Part shown: positions 26,851 to 38,992 of the stretch, piece after piece
Numbering within the stretch: position 1 is the stretch's first letter
Layout of the letters: the number at the start of each line of letters is the position of its first letter
Source: the human T2T-CHM13v2.0 reference genome, Homo sapiens
NCBI RefSeq assembly: GCF_009914755.1
Contig: NC_060929.1
Length of the DNA: 64,000 nucleotides
Direction: 5' to 3' (one strand)
The notes under the pieces: generated by a model
What the model saw: the letters and a program-made list of their open reading frames with translations, nothing else
Database searches by the model: none
What the model was told of the DNA's origin: nothing
Program-made: the position numbers and the translations under genes

Positions 26851-28861
26851 GATGATCATGAATAATTGATCTTAAAAAAAAGATGAGCAGTACTTGCTCC
26901 CATAATTCCACTTTTATTAAGCAAAACCATGGGCAGGGTTGAGGATAGACAGTGCACTGCTAGTAGTAATTACATTTGAGTGGATGGATCATAGGTGATT
27001 CTCTTTTTCTTTATGTTTTGTTTTTATTCTCAAGTTGCTAATGGGTGTGTATTCAATTATAATAAAAATAAATATTTAACATTCTGCGTCCATTTGCTAC
27101 ATGAGATCAATGCTTATATCACCCCTGCTTAAACTCTGTATTATTAAAATAATACATGCACATAGTCAACTGCTAAATAGTTCAGGAGGATTTCATATTG
27201 AAAAACAACTTGTTCCTTCATTTCTTTCCACACTTAATTCCTCTGGTACTGCTGGCAACTTTAATACTTTCCTATTTGTGTTTTTCCCCTTGGTTACTCC
27301 CATATCTCTAAATATTAGACTTATATAAAGAATGCTTGTTGTGTCCAATTAAACATTATCTTTTGACTTTAGACTACAATAAATAAGGATTCAGCTTGCT
27401 TAAACCATCCCTACTACCTTCTGCCTCCCAGATTTTGGTACGTACATCATAACTCTAAGTCCTTGTGTTGATTAGGTTTTTAACTTACGTGATATTCAGA
27501 AGGCTGCTTTTGCCCTTAGTGTTCCACAGTATTACATTAGCAAATGTGCTCCACACTCCCAATGTCATCGAGTTCAAAGGAACAGGTGTATTTAACACAG
27601 AGTTCAGAATTATGATCAACGTGGTAGAATTTATTGGCAATCTGGAAAAAATGTAGACTTACATCTAATACAACCTTAGAATTGTGAACTGTGTGATCAT
27701 TACAGACTTAGGTTTTCAAAGCCCACTCTAAAACACTGTGTACTTCCTCTCAGAAGTTCACCATCGCCACGTACTAAGACGCACGGACAGAGGCATAATG
27801 GTTCTGTCTGCATGTTCCCACAGGCCTACTTCACCAAAAGGAAATGCATGACATGGTTTGTTTCTGAACATATATTAAAACAGCCATCTATTAAAACTGC
27901 TAAGCCTATAAATTAACTTATATTATTAATGATTGTGTTTGAGTAGGTTATGTACTGTTCATAACAGTGATTCTCACCCTCATATTGTACTCTGTACAAA
28001 AGAAGTATAGGAAATATAGTCTATCAGTAATAGTGGCTCCCTACAATAGAACTTCTCATCAGATGGAGGGTACCACAAGACATATGAGAATTTGAATGGG
28101 ATGGCATAAGCACTGAAGCCTCAAAATAAGTCCTACTTCTCTATCCAAAGAGATTCTGCTACAACTTCTAAAAGCATATGGCCACTTCCTTCCCTGTCCT
28201 CAACTGTACCACACCACATTAAACATCACAGATTTAAACCATAATGTGAAGACTTACAGTCATTGGACCATAACTAAACATACTTTATTCACTTATTGCC
28301 ATATATTTAATGAACTCCCACCACCTGCAGATGACGGTCGAGGAGCTGAGAGCCCCTCCCTCAAGAGCACAGACAGAAACTGCTATGCTCACAGAGCTGA
28401 CAGTCTAGAGTGGGGAACGGACAAACAAACAGGCAATTACAACACAGAGCCATCAGGACAAGATCAACCATTACTTAAACTAACCCCAACTTTCTCTGGG
28501 AATTCTTTAATTTAGAATCAGATCTTCTCAGTGCTTTTCTGCAGCTCTTGGTCTGCAAGCAGTTTCATGCCAACTGCTCTGAAGTGCTTTTCATAGCTGC
28601 CAGAAGTTGATTTCTGTTACAACTACATGGTTTCTATTTTAATATTTTCCCCTTCTAGTTGGTCTCACCCATTGCCTTGGATTCTCCTGCATCTGCTTTC
28701 TTTCTTCTCTCTACCACAGGCAGAAACTCTGATAGAAATACACATCACATTCATTAGAGACAGCAATGCAAACCAAACTTTCTACATTTTCCTAACACAG
28801 TAATGTTTCTCTAAGCCTGTTTGTTCAGGACCCTACTATTTTCTTAGTAAAAACAACACAG

Positions 28862-29126
28862 TGATTAAAAATAAGTTTTATTGTATTTATTATCTGAAAA
28901 GATATTGAAAGTGGAAATGAAAATATTGACAACTGCAGACAAAACATCCACGATACTAAGAAAATTAACCTGAACTACTAATGGAACAACTCCAGTTGGA
29001 ATGGCAAGCTGTGAGAATTATCATCGCTGAGGCTGCATGGAGATACTTCAATATGGGCATAATGGGAAGAAAATTCTTGGGATATAATTCCTTGGTAATG
29101 CTGCAGGTTGAGCATTGCGCAAAATT
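28862..29126 (-). other. Candidate terminal exon with poly(A) site
   Basis: Acceptor 'ctttcacattttgtacatttag|AAT' at 29126. The phase-1 frame FCAMLNLQHYQGIISQEFSSHYAHIEVSPCSLSDDNSHSLPFQLELFH ends in TAG TAG (28980-28975). Two AATAAA (28891-28886, 28882-28877) are followed by GU-rich 'tgtgttgttttt'. Confidence 0.45.
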
Positions 29127-32100
29127 CTAAATGTACAAAATGTGAAAGCACAAATTTCTCCTTGTAATAAGGATGACAAATGTGGATGTTTTCATAATCA
29201 GGTTTTAACTATTACTACCTTATTTTAAGATTCTTTGGAGAACTGAATATCAGATTCTAGTTGAGATATCCATTTATTCTAGGATTCCATTGATTGTATC
29301 ACTTTCAAAGTGATGTAAAGCTAAACATAATAAAACAGGATATAAAAGATGAATTTTGGGAGACTCTTACAGAGTTTTCAAGCTCCAAATTCTAAAAGCA
29401 TATGCATGTAGCAATACATTGGTGGGATTCTAACTTAGTCATCTTTACTTAGAATATCTACCAAGAAAATTATTTTAAAACTCAAGACATGTTCATAATT
29501 TTATTACCTAACTGAATTTACTCACTGCCACAGGATAGCCATAAACCATGAATCTAACAAATGATCAACAAAGAGTAAGTCATGGTGGAAATTCATATGT
29601 CATTGTCAGGGAGAGGAATAACTGAGTCAGGGCGGACCACAGGTCTCCAAATAGCAAAGGGACTTCATCATCATCGCCAAATATTGATTTATCACCAGGC
29701 ATAAACAAGGGAACAGGTAAAGCTCTGTTCTATACCAAGACATAGAAATTGGTCACAGCTCATCGAAGGGTCACAGTTTAGTAGAGGAGAACCAAAAAAC
29801 AACTGTAAACACTGACTAGTCTCTTGTCAAATGCATGGTGCAGCCAGTGATGATTGAAAGGGTACAGGGCATCTGAGAAGTCACTGCGGTCCTATTGTAA
29901 ATAATTATTTTATCAGGAGAGAGGACTTGCAGCAGTTCTCAATGGAAGAGCAGAACTTAAGAAACAATCATGTCTATAAATGCTGGCCTTGAAAATCCCA
30001 GGCTAAACATATCAAAGAAACTATCAGTCCCTGAAGCAAACATACAGAACCTGACAATACCTTACTTTTTAATTATTGAGAAAACCATGTCCCCTGACAA
30101 ATCTGACATCTTAAATATAAGAACTTATATGTAAGACTATACATGCCAACTTGAATGTGATATTCTTTAACATATTAAATATTAGCATATACTATGCTAT
30201 ATTTTTATAGGAAAAATCCATATCTAGTATCTACTATAGTAGTTTTCAATGGTATTAATTTTGCTAAAGTTGACATCTGAGCTACCACGTTAAGTTAAAT
30301 TGCTAAGATTATGACGTAAGCTTTAAAAGTAATTAACAATGCCTGTGACACAGACCTTGAAAAGGAAGAAAGGGCTTCATGAAGGATAATTGTAGAATTT
30401 GGGATGATATTCATAATTTTTTCAAGGATTTACTATAGAAAATTACTTTTTAAGCTTAATCTTGAAAAGCAATTTGATAAATTATAAGAAAACATTGAAC
30501 CACTGCCTCAAGCAATGTTGTGAAAATTAAGTGCATTGCATTAAATGTTTAAATGTGGATTACTACTTTTTAACAAATGTTAATTTCTAAATTAAAAATG
30601 ATCACGTTTTCCTCTTACTATAAAAATTATTTGCAATTATATCAATTGTGGCATGTCAGAAAAATCATTATCTTGAAAAACAACTTTGTTTCTAATGCTT
30701 ATTATAAGGCATGATTGTAATTTGGAAAGCAAAGCAATTACTGGCATGTGTACATGGGTGTATGAGTATACAGGTATGCTATTGATTAAAATGAGAAGCA
30801 ATATGCCTCTTAAATTAGCTAATTACGCATTGTCATACTACTTTAAATTTGAGCTTAAAATCCTAGGGTAAGTTAGGCAACACCTGGTGTCGGCACTTAA
30901 GGGCCTATTTTTTTTTAAAAAAAGACAGACTTTATGACATGCAACAGAGAAAGTGGTACTTATGTCTATTTCCATAATGTGATATTTTACATATCATCTG
31001 AATTTTACTGTAGTTTGTGCTATGAGTTAGACATACTTATTCCACATTAAGCCATAAGAAGTCATCTTAAAAGTGAAATATTTGTATTTATAAACCACTA
31101 CTCTACCTATATAGGATTTTATCTTCAGCCCACAAATATTCATTGAGTTTCCTAGGAACCAGTCACTCAGGGTCTGTGAAAGGTACTGAGGAAACTGAGG
31201 CCTGATGGAATTGACTGCACTGCTAAGCTAAAATCTGACTCTGACTGTCCAACTCCAAAGACCAGGCTCTTTCTATAGCACCACCATACAGCTTAATGGA
31301 GAACTGGGCAGACAGAATGAAGTACAGAGAATGTGGTTAAATACTGCTGCCTTGGGGACTTAAAACACCACCTCCCGTGCTCGGTATAATGGGATAGTGA
31401 AACTTCATGGCCATTCTGATTTCCCTGATTGAGTGTGCATATATCTAACACAACTTACCCATTCCACATGAGATTTCTTTAAAGATTATCATGAAATAAG
31501 GTGCATGAACATAAATAAATCCAATAGGCTAGTATAAATTCTCTTGGATAAGGCATGATATTGTAAAGGTGTCAAAATTTTCCATTTTGTGCATTTAAAA
31601 TTTAGATCCATCCAATTCCAATTTGTTTAGACAGGGTCCAATGGATGCCCTAGTTTTATATTACTCATTGCTTAAGTACTAGAGAGTGAATTAAGCTTCT
31701 GATCTATTTTCATTTTGATATTTAAGGATCAAGCAGAACAACTATACATGAAGTCCCCATTTCCATAATGGGAGATCAGCAATATCACAGGATACTGAAT
31801 TCTACCGTTGCTTTATAATGTCCAGCTTGGCAGCTCAGATTCTTTCTAGACACTAGATCTACAGGTAAGCTGTTTGTTGTTGAACAGCAGGAACTAGGCA
31901 ATGTTTTAGAAGTGGCATCACATGGCATCCAGAGAAAAATATGGAAGTGCTTTATGATGATTTTTAAAGATTTTTTAAAAATCATTATTAAAATGGCTAT
32001 CCTCATAAACTTCAACTGCCACTATAACACAAAAAAAGCATACTGCCACTGTAACATAATAAAAACATGGTAATGTAGCCATCAAATATTTATTAACTTT

Positions 32101-33077
32101 CTACCAAATGGAAGCACTATTTCATTCAAGGTTCCAAATAGTCAAAACTCCCTGTCCTTATGAAGCTTACCTTTAAAAGGAGAGAAATAAACCATAAACA
32201 CAAAGAAATTAGTAAAACACAGATGTCCTGTTGTGCGGGGAATATCAAAGCAGAGACAGTGAATAGCAATCGCTGGGAGAGGTACTGCTTTTTCTTGCTT
32301 TTCCAGCTCTATTTTTATTCTTAAGATGAATTAGAACATTTTTAATTCTGTGAAAATCAGATTTTTGGCATAAGAGGTCAGTTTCAAAATAGATCCAAAT
32401 GCTTTCTATTCTTTCATAACTGCAAGCCAGGAAACCATCCTATGGCTGACATGGCATGACCCCTATTTACCTTCTCATCCTCTTATTCCAAACTCTCCCC
32501 AGTAACAGACACTGTGGAGTTCTCCCAGCATCAATTCCTTTTCTATCCCATTTGTTAATGGCCATGAGTTTGCATCGAATTGCTTGGCCACCACATTGGG
32601 GCAGTGATGGGGAGGTACGCTGCCCCATCCATTGTTAGACCCCATCCAGGTCTAAACAAATACAAGTAAGTTGTTGGATTTCAGGAAAATAACAGTAAAG
32701 CTGAGCACTTTCGTTTGATGATTAAAGAAAAAAGGTTCCTTTCTCCAAACAATATATTTGAAAATGTGAGATTCAAACATAGTAGCCTTTGTTTTCTGAT
32801 AAGGGAAGACAGCCTACAATCAAGCTGACTCTTAGGAGAGGACACAGTGCTGGGAACCACACAAAAAAAGTTACTGGAGCCCCCATCAAAGCATGACTAA
32901 AGCCCACAATGCCAGGACACGTTTCCATGTCAAACAAAAAATTCCCACCATTAATTATGTGTTCTTGCCTGCTTTGTGTATGCAAAAGTAACCCAAACTA
33001 TCACCCCCCACACACATACTCATATATACACCAAAATCTACTCATATAATCGGGTGTGTTTTAGAATCTTATTTGTA

Positions 33078-33392
33078 GAGTCATGCACTGCATAAGGACA
33101 TTTCAGTCAATGATGGACCGCATATATCAAAGTAGTCCCGTAAGATTAGAATACCATATTTTTACTGTACCTTTGCTATGTTTAGATACACCAATACTTA
33201 CCATTGTGTTACAATTGCCTACAGTATTCAGTACAGTAGTATACTGTACAGATATGTAGCCTAGAAGCAATGGGCCATACAGGCTGTACCAACTACTTGT
33301 GTGTAAGTACACTCCGCAATATTCGCATAACGACGAAGTGCCTCATGATGCATTTCTCAGAACGTATCCCAGTCATTAAGCAGAGCAGGACT
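33078..33392 (+). mobile_element. Tigger3a (MER7A/Golem) TcMar-Tigger MITE
   Basis: 'gtcatgcactgcataaggacatttcagtcaatgatggaccgcatata...gcatttctcagaacgtatccc...aagc', flanked by TA dinucleotides. Confidence 0.88.
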
Positions 33393-33699
33393 TACCACAG
33401 TCTTCCGGAACAAAGTGAAATAGTATAGTTGTGCCTCAGCCACCCGAATCTTGGAATGTTTTCACAGTCTGAAGTGTTCTCTGTTCATTTTTTTTCATTT
33501 CGGAAGCCTGAATAACAACTTCCCCCAACACTTGTTATGGAAATGTATCAAACCATTTCTGCTCCTAATTTGGTCTTGTACAAGCTGAAATGCATATCCA
33601 AATATCCTTAGCAACAGATATTTTTGGTGATACATATATCTCATTCTAAGTCAACATCAACTTTCTAAAAGAGTCCACATCTGTTTTAAAACAAACACT

Positions 33700-33858
33700 T
33701 TTTTTATTATCTATTTATGTATTTATTTAGAAATTTTTTGTAGAGACAGGGTCTCGCTATGTTGCCTAGGCTGGGCGCAAACTCCTGGCCTCAAGCGATC
33801 CTTCAGCCTCGACCTCCCAAAGCACTGGGATTAAAGGCATGAGCCACCCCACTCAGCC
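33700..33858 (-). mobile_element. FLAM/Alu left monomer
   Basis: 'gtagagacagggtctcgctatgttgcctaggctgg...gagccaccccactcagcc'. TSD 'aacaaaca(c/t)tt'. Confidence 0.88.
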
Positions 33859-35841
33859 TAGAACAAACATTTAAATCAGCATGCATGTAACTGACAAATG
33901 AACAAGACGTTAAAATGATGCTATAATTTTCATGCTTTACCACACGGCTACTGATGGGCACACTTTTAATACTCCAGGTAAATCCTGTAAGAATCTGCAT
34001 AATGACTTGAGAAGCATAATCTATTACAACTACCATGAAATTACTAATAGAATGAGGCTATTATTTTAATTTAGATGCTTTTTTCTTTAATGTGTATTTA
34101 CGTACCTGACATATATTTTCATCATCTATGTAATTACATTTACTTTATGTATCTATTATTTCTAGCATATGTCATTGTAACAATAATGGAAGTCAAATAT
34201 TCAAAGTTCAATTAAGTTGTACCTAAAACATATTAAATCATGCCAATGTAGATTTTTTACATGAATATAAAATGCATCTGTATTTTGAAATGGAATGTAT
34301 CTTTGTGTATCTACAGAGAGCAATCATGAATCTCATATATAAAACTGAAGGCGTCTTGACATTACAGAACTTTGAGTCCCCAGTGGACAAACATCTAATT
34401 AAAACATGTGGTAGAGGACAGCAGCTCAAGCCCACATGAGTGGGATATCACTGATGGACGTATTAACACTGTAATAGACTGCTGGTTTAAAGAGTTCTAT
34501 AACACTAAAGCAGACCTGTCTAAAATTTACTTTAAAGTTTGCAAGAAATGGTGACAGCACATGTGGTGAGCCAGGTTGGAGAGCTGCAAAGCACACATGG
34601 AAAAGGAAAGTGAGTGGCTCCTGGCCAGCTGCAAAGGGAAAGCCAGACGCAGAGAGCCACCGTTGGTTAACGCTAAGCTACTTTCAATGATTTCCAAGCT
34701 GCAGTTTTTAATGGACAAATATCAAGGATCTTGCTAGCAATCCCTGGGTTTCACTCTGAATAGGACTCTGCAATGTTGCCTAAAGATAAAGAAAGTGTTC
34801 TCTACTTGACAAAATAAAATAAAACATCAAATGAAAGGATAGCAGAATAGCAACATATTTCTGGTTGTGAGACTACAATATAGATTGTTGTATGTAAGAT
34901 TTCTAAACAAGAGAACTGAGTTGATATTTCCATTATCATGATCAATAAAAGCTAAGTTAGAATTGACCATAGCAGATTTAATAGTTTCATATTTTAGTAG
35001 TAAATGCAATTTAAAGAACTTATTTTTAAGATCTTTTCTTATTTCATAAGATTCTCATTAGTGAGAATTTTGTGGATGCCAGAATCCTACTTGCTAAAGG
35101 AATTATATCTACAAATTATATCTAAACATACAAATCCCTACAAAACAGAAGTTCATTAAGAGACAACAGATATCACTAAGAGGTAATATATAGGCAGATA
35201 TAGAAATTATGTGAAAACTGCCATGAATAAAATGAAAATGGAAAAGGAGTTTAATTCAAAAACCATAGAGAAATTAGAAGTTTCTGTACCAATGAATTAG
35301 AATTAACATTAAATGTTAATTAAAATTAACGTTAATGTGGAATTTTCACCTATTTTACTTACTTAACATATGGAACTTGTAGAAAATACTGTCATAATTA
35401 TGCCTACTTTTAGAATTATAACAATAGCAAAAGCTTATGTGAAAGATGTCATTTAATAAATTGTTTTAACCAATTGGCAGCTATTAATGAATTTTATCTT
35501 ATAAAATCCTCAGGAGACTCAAACTGTGTTTTATGATTTATGATTATGATCAGTTGTTCTCTAGGCTACATAAACAACATTAATGGATTATAATCCCAAG
35601 TGGTTTTTTTTCTATATAATTCTATTAAGTAGTAACTACTACACACTGTTGCACAAAACCAGTGGTATTTCATGATAGATCTCGTAAAATCAAGTATGCC
35701 ATTCAAGTACCAGCGCTTGTGCCAGCAGTTTGTTAATACAACAGGATGAAGAGTAGGGTTCTTGTTGTGTAAGCATTTCAGCAAAAGCCCAAACAGGTTC
35801 ACATTCTCAGGAGCACAGCTGAGAGCAGCGACCATCAGCCT

Positions 35842-35904
35842 CCCCCAAGACTTGCCAACAGGTGGGGGATTCAGACACCCCCAAGACTTGCTAGCAAGTG
35901 GTGG
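35842..35904 (+). repeat. 27-bp direct repeat (period 36) with CTCF-like cores
   Basis: cccccaagacttgccaacaggtggggg / cccccaagacttgctagcaagtggtgg, 4 mismatches. Confidence 0.7.
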
Positions 35905-36479
35905 CTCTGTTCCTTCTAACTTTGTGGGAGCAGAGAAAAGGCTCCTCCTCATCATCTCATGTCACTGATAAGGTCTCCAAGATACCCACTGAGATACATG
36001 GGAGTGCCTGTGAGCAAGGAGACAGCATCTCCTTGTCCCGTGGCCAGCTGGGCTGCAGAGCCCATGAGTGTACCCTGGTATCCAGCACAGAACACAGTTG
36101 GAGCGTGCCTGTGAGAGCCTGGCAAGAGGCCCTGGTCCTGGGACCCACTCATGCACCTGGGGGCTGCCACTTGCCTCCTGTCTGGAGAAACCTACAAACA
36201 CATGCAGTGTGGAGCAGCCACCACGCCCAGGGCGAGGAGAGAGGATGTGAATAGATTACGTAAGCTCCTTTCTTTGGTGAGATGGGTCAGTGAGTATAGA
36301 GTTCCCACTGGCTACCTGAACACCACAAAAGAGAACTGAGCTTGAAACTTTTCAGAGAGATCCTGTCCCCAAGGGCTACCTGCTGGGACAAGGAGAACAC
36401 AGAAACCAGATGTGGTTGGGAGATCTTCTGTGTGCAGCAACAGTTTGAGAGAGGGAGTCCCAAGGCTGTGTGACCATGC

Positions 36480-36683
36480 AAACAACATGCATCAGGGTCT
36501 ACGCAGAACCTCAGAAAAACGCAATAGAGGGGCCGCAGTCAGCATCTGGGGTGCCTGTGGTTGGCTGGTGTTAGCATAACGGTTTTTCCTTAAGGCCCTC
36601 TCCCCTTGCTCCAGTACCAGAGAAGCCAAGTGCAGAGCAGGTAGGGGAGGGAAGAGAGAGAGAGAGGGAAGAGGGAGAGGGGG

Positions 36684-36717
<34 letters not shown>

Positions 36718-36958
36718 GAGAGAGAGAGAGAGGAGGAGGAGAGAGAGAGAGAGAGGAGGAGGAGAGAGAGAGAGAGAGGAGGAGAGAGAGAGAGGAGGAG
36801 AGAGAGAGAGGGGGGGGGAGAGAGGGGGGAGAGAGAGAGAGAGAGGAGGAGAGAGAGAGAGGAGAGGAGGAGAGAGAGAGAGAGGAGGAGAGAGAGAGAG
36901 AGAGGAGGAGGAGAGAGAGAGAGAGGGGGGGAGAGAGGGGGGAGAGAGAGAGAGAGAG

Positions 36959-36994
<36 letters not shown>

Positions 36995-37850
36995 TAGCGC
37001 TGGAGTGAGCCAGAGCCAGCGGGGTCAGCATAGCACCAACACAACCCCATTCCCCACAGGTCAGGCCAACGGGAGGGAAGGAGAAAGGTAGTGAAGGGGG
37101 GAAGCGGAGGGGACAGCTTTGCGGGGCAGCTGTGGTGGAAATTCTGAATCGGATGAGACTTAAGACATAAAAGCCGTGTGGCTGTTAAAATCAGACTGTT
37201 TTTATATGTGGAAGGGCATCTCCACGCTCTGTCTCCACAGGTTACGGCGGGGATGGGATGCGAGTCCACTCACAAAGTGAGAAACCATGGTTCAGCTCAA
37301 TCAGGGCTCAGAATTTATGTTGAACACCAGCAGAAGCATATTTTTAACACTTAAGGAAAACACGATTATAAAATAAGAAAATGAATGCTTGGGAAGAAGC
37401 ACATAATCTGATTCGGAAATGGCAGATACAGACTCAATTACAACTCCAGGCAAAACAATCTCAGGGGAGTTTCAAAATGCCATGAAGTGAAGATACGTAT
37501 TATGAGGTGTTTTTTTTTTTTTTTTTTTTTTTTCCAGTTCTCCTCCATCCAATATCAAAGCCGCACATTATATTTCTTTTCAGAGCATAGAAGTGACGTT
37601 CATTTGGTAGGTTCTACAACACATGCTTACTAATACGACAGTGCGGAAATCAATCATTAATAATCTTGAAAAATTAGGAAGGAAGGAAGGATACACAGAT
37701 GGAAAAAAGGACATTTATTGATTATGACATGTCTAGACATTATCATAAGGGCTTTGACAATATGGTAATGCCCATGAATTAATTCATTAACTAAATGCAT
37801 CAACTCATATAGCGGTGATACCCGTGTTGCAGCGTTTACATCACACGGCT
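36480..37850. promoter_or_regulatory. Candidate enhancer or alternative promoter around the GA tract
   Basis: Non-repeat, GC-richer flanks with visibly more CpG than the rest of the window. GTCAGCA half-MARE on both sides, CAGCTGTGGT (E-box/RUNX), and CGGAAAT ETS-like sites. Confidence 0.4.
36643..36993 (+). repeat. Compound (GA)n/(GGA)n/G-run polypurine tract, 351 bp
   Basis: Only A and G occur on the + strand across the interval. Confidence 0.98.
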
Positions 37851-37901
37851 CATGACTGGAGGATTTCCTTTGACCCAAGCAGCCTGGCTCCTGTATATGC
37901 G

Positions 37902-38197
37902 TTTTTTCTTCTTTTCTTTTTTTTTTTCCTCGCTGTCACCCAAGCAGGAGTGCAGCGATGTGATCTCGGCTCACTGCAACCTCTGCCTCTTGGGTTCAAG
38001 CAATTCTCCTGCCTCAGCCTCCCAAGTAGCTGAAACTACAGCTGCCACCACCATGCCCAGCTAATTTATGTATACTTAGTAGAGACGCAGTTTCACCATG
38101 TTGGTCAGACTGGTCTCGAACTCCTGACTTTGAGTGATCCACCCACCTTGGCATCCCAAAGTGCTGGGATTACAGGCGTTAGCCACCGCCCACGGCC
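37902..38197 (-). mobile_element. AluS
   Basis: Antisense dimer with T-tract. TSD 'ctgtat(a/g)tgc(g/a)tt'. Confidence 0.93.
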
Positions 38198-38703
38198 CTG
38201 TATGTGCATTCTTAACCGATATGCCCTATTGTATCCAAGTGGCAAGGAAATACTAGATTAAGCAAATTAAATAAGAGTACATCAAAGAGTCTACCTAAGA
38301 CAGCATATGTCACACATCCACCAGGAAAAGCTCCTCTGCCAGGTAACATGGAGCCCTCACTGTGAGTAACATGGTCAACTCTGGTTTTGGATTATAGCGG
38401 GTTTCCTCTCCTCAGCAAAGAGTTGTGGCTGTGGAGGTGATGAGTGGAGGGAAGCAGGCACCATGTGTCTCAAAGACCTATTTGTTTTCCTTTTCAGAAC
38501 CTGTTGAGAGGCTTATAAGTAGGCTTTACAGTTTTTTCTTTCCTCTTAGATTGCTGGTTCCTTGCAGGCAGGGGCTGTGCACTGCTCCTTGAAGATCTTA
38601 ATTGAAACAGTATCTGTACAGTAGACATTCAATAAATACTTCATTAATACTAAACCTGGCTTTGCAAATGTGACCAAAGGAGGTATATGGAATTTAGACC
38701 ACA

Positions 38704-38960
38704 CTGTAATCCCAGCACTTTGGGAGGCTGAGGCCGGCGGATCACTGGAAGTCAGGAGTTTGAGACCAGCCTGGTCAACGTGGTGAAACCCTGTTTCTAC
38801 TAAAAATACAAAAATTAGCCAGGAGTGGTGGCGGGAGCCTGTAATCCCAGCTACTCGGGAGGCTGAGGCAGGAGAATCACTTGAGCCCAGGAGGCAAGAG
38901 GTGGCAGTGAGCTGACATCACTCCACTTCACTCCAGCCTGGGTGACAGAGCAAGATTCCA

Positions 38961-38992
<32 letters not shown>
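38704..38992 (+). mobile_element. 5'-truncated AluS with (GACA)n tail
   Basis: Begins at 'ctgtaatcccagcactttggg'. The tail 38961-38992 is (agac)8. Confidence 0.93.

Noticed and set aside
27774-27794. 'cacggacagaggc' REST/NRSE-like half site
   Set aside because: The left half (TTCAGCACC) is absent.
35301-35336. AT-rich palindromes aattaacatt-a-aatgttaatt and attaacgttaat
   Set aside because: Short and low-complexity, as expected in AT-rich DNA.
36492-37031. 179-aa Leu/Ser/Pro-rich ORF, the longest in the track
   Set aside because: It is the translation of the (CT)n strand of the microsatellite, which lacks stop codons by composition.
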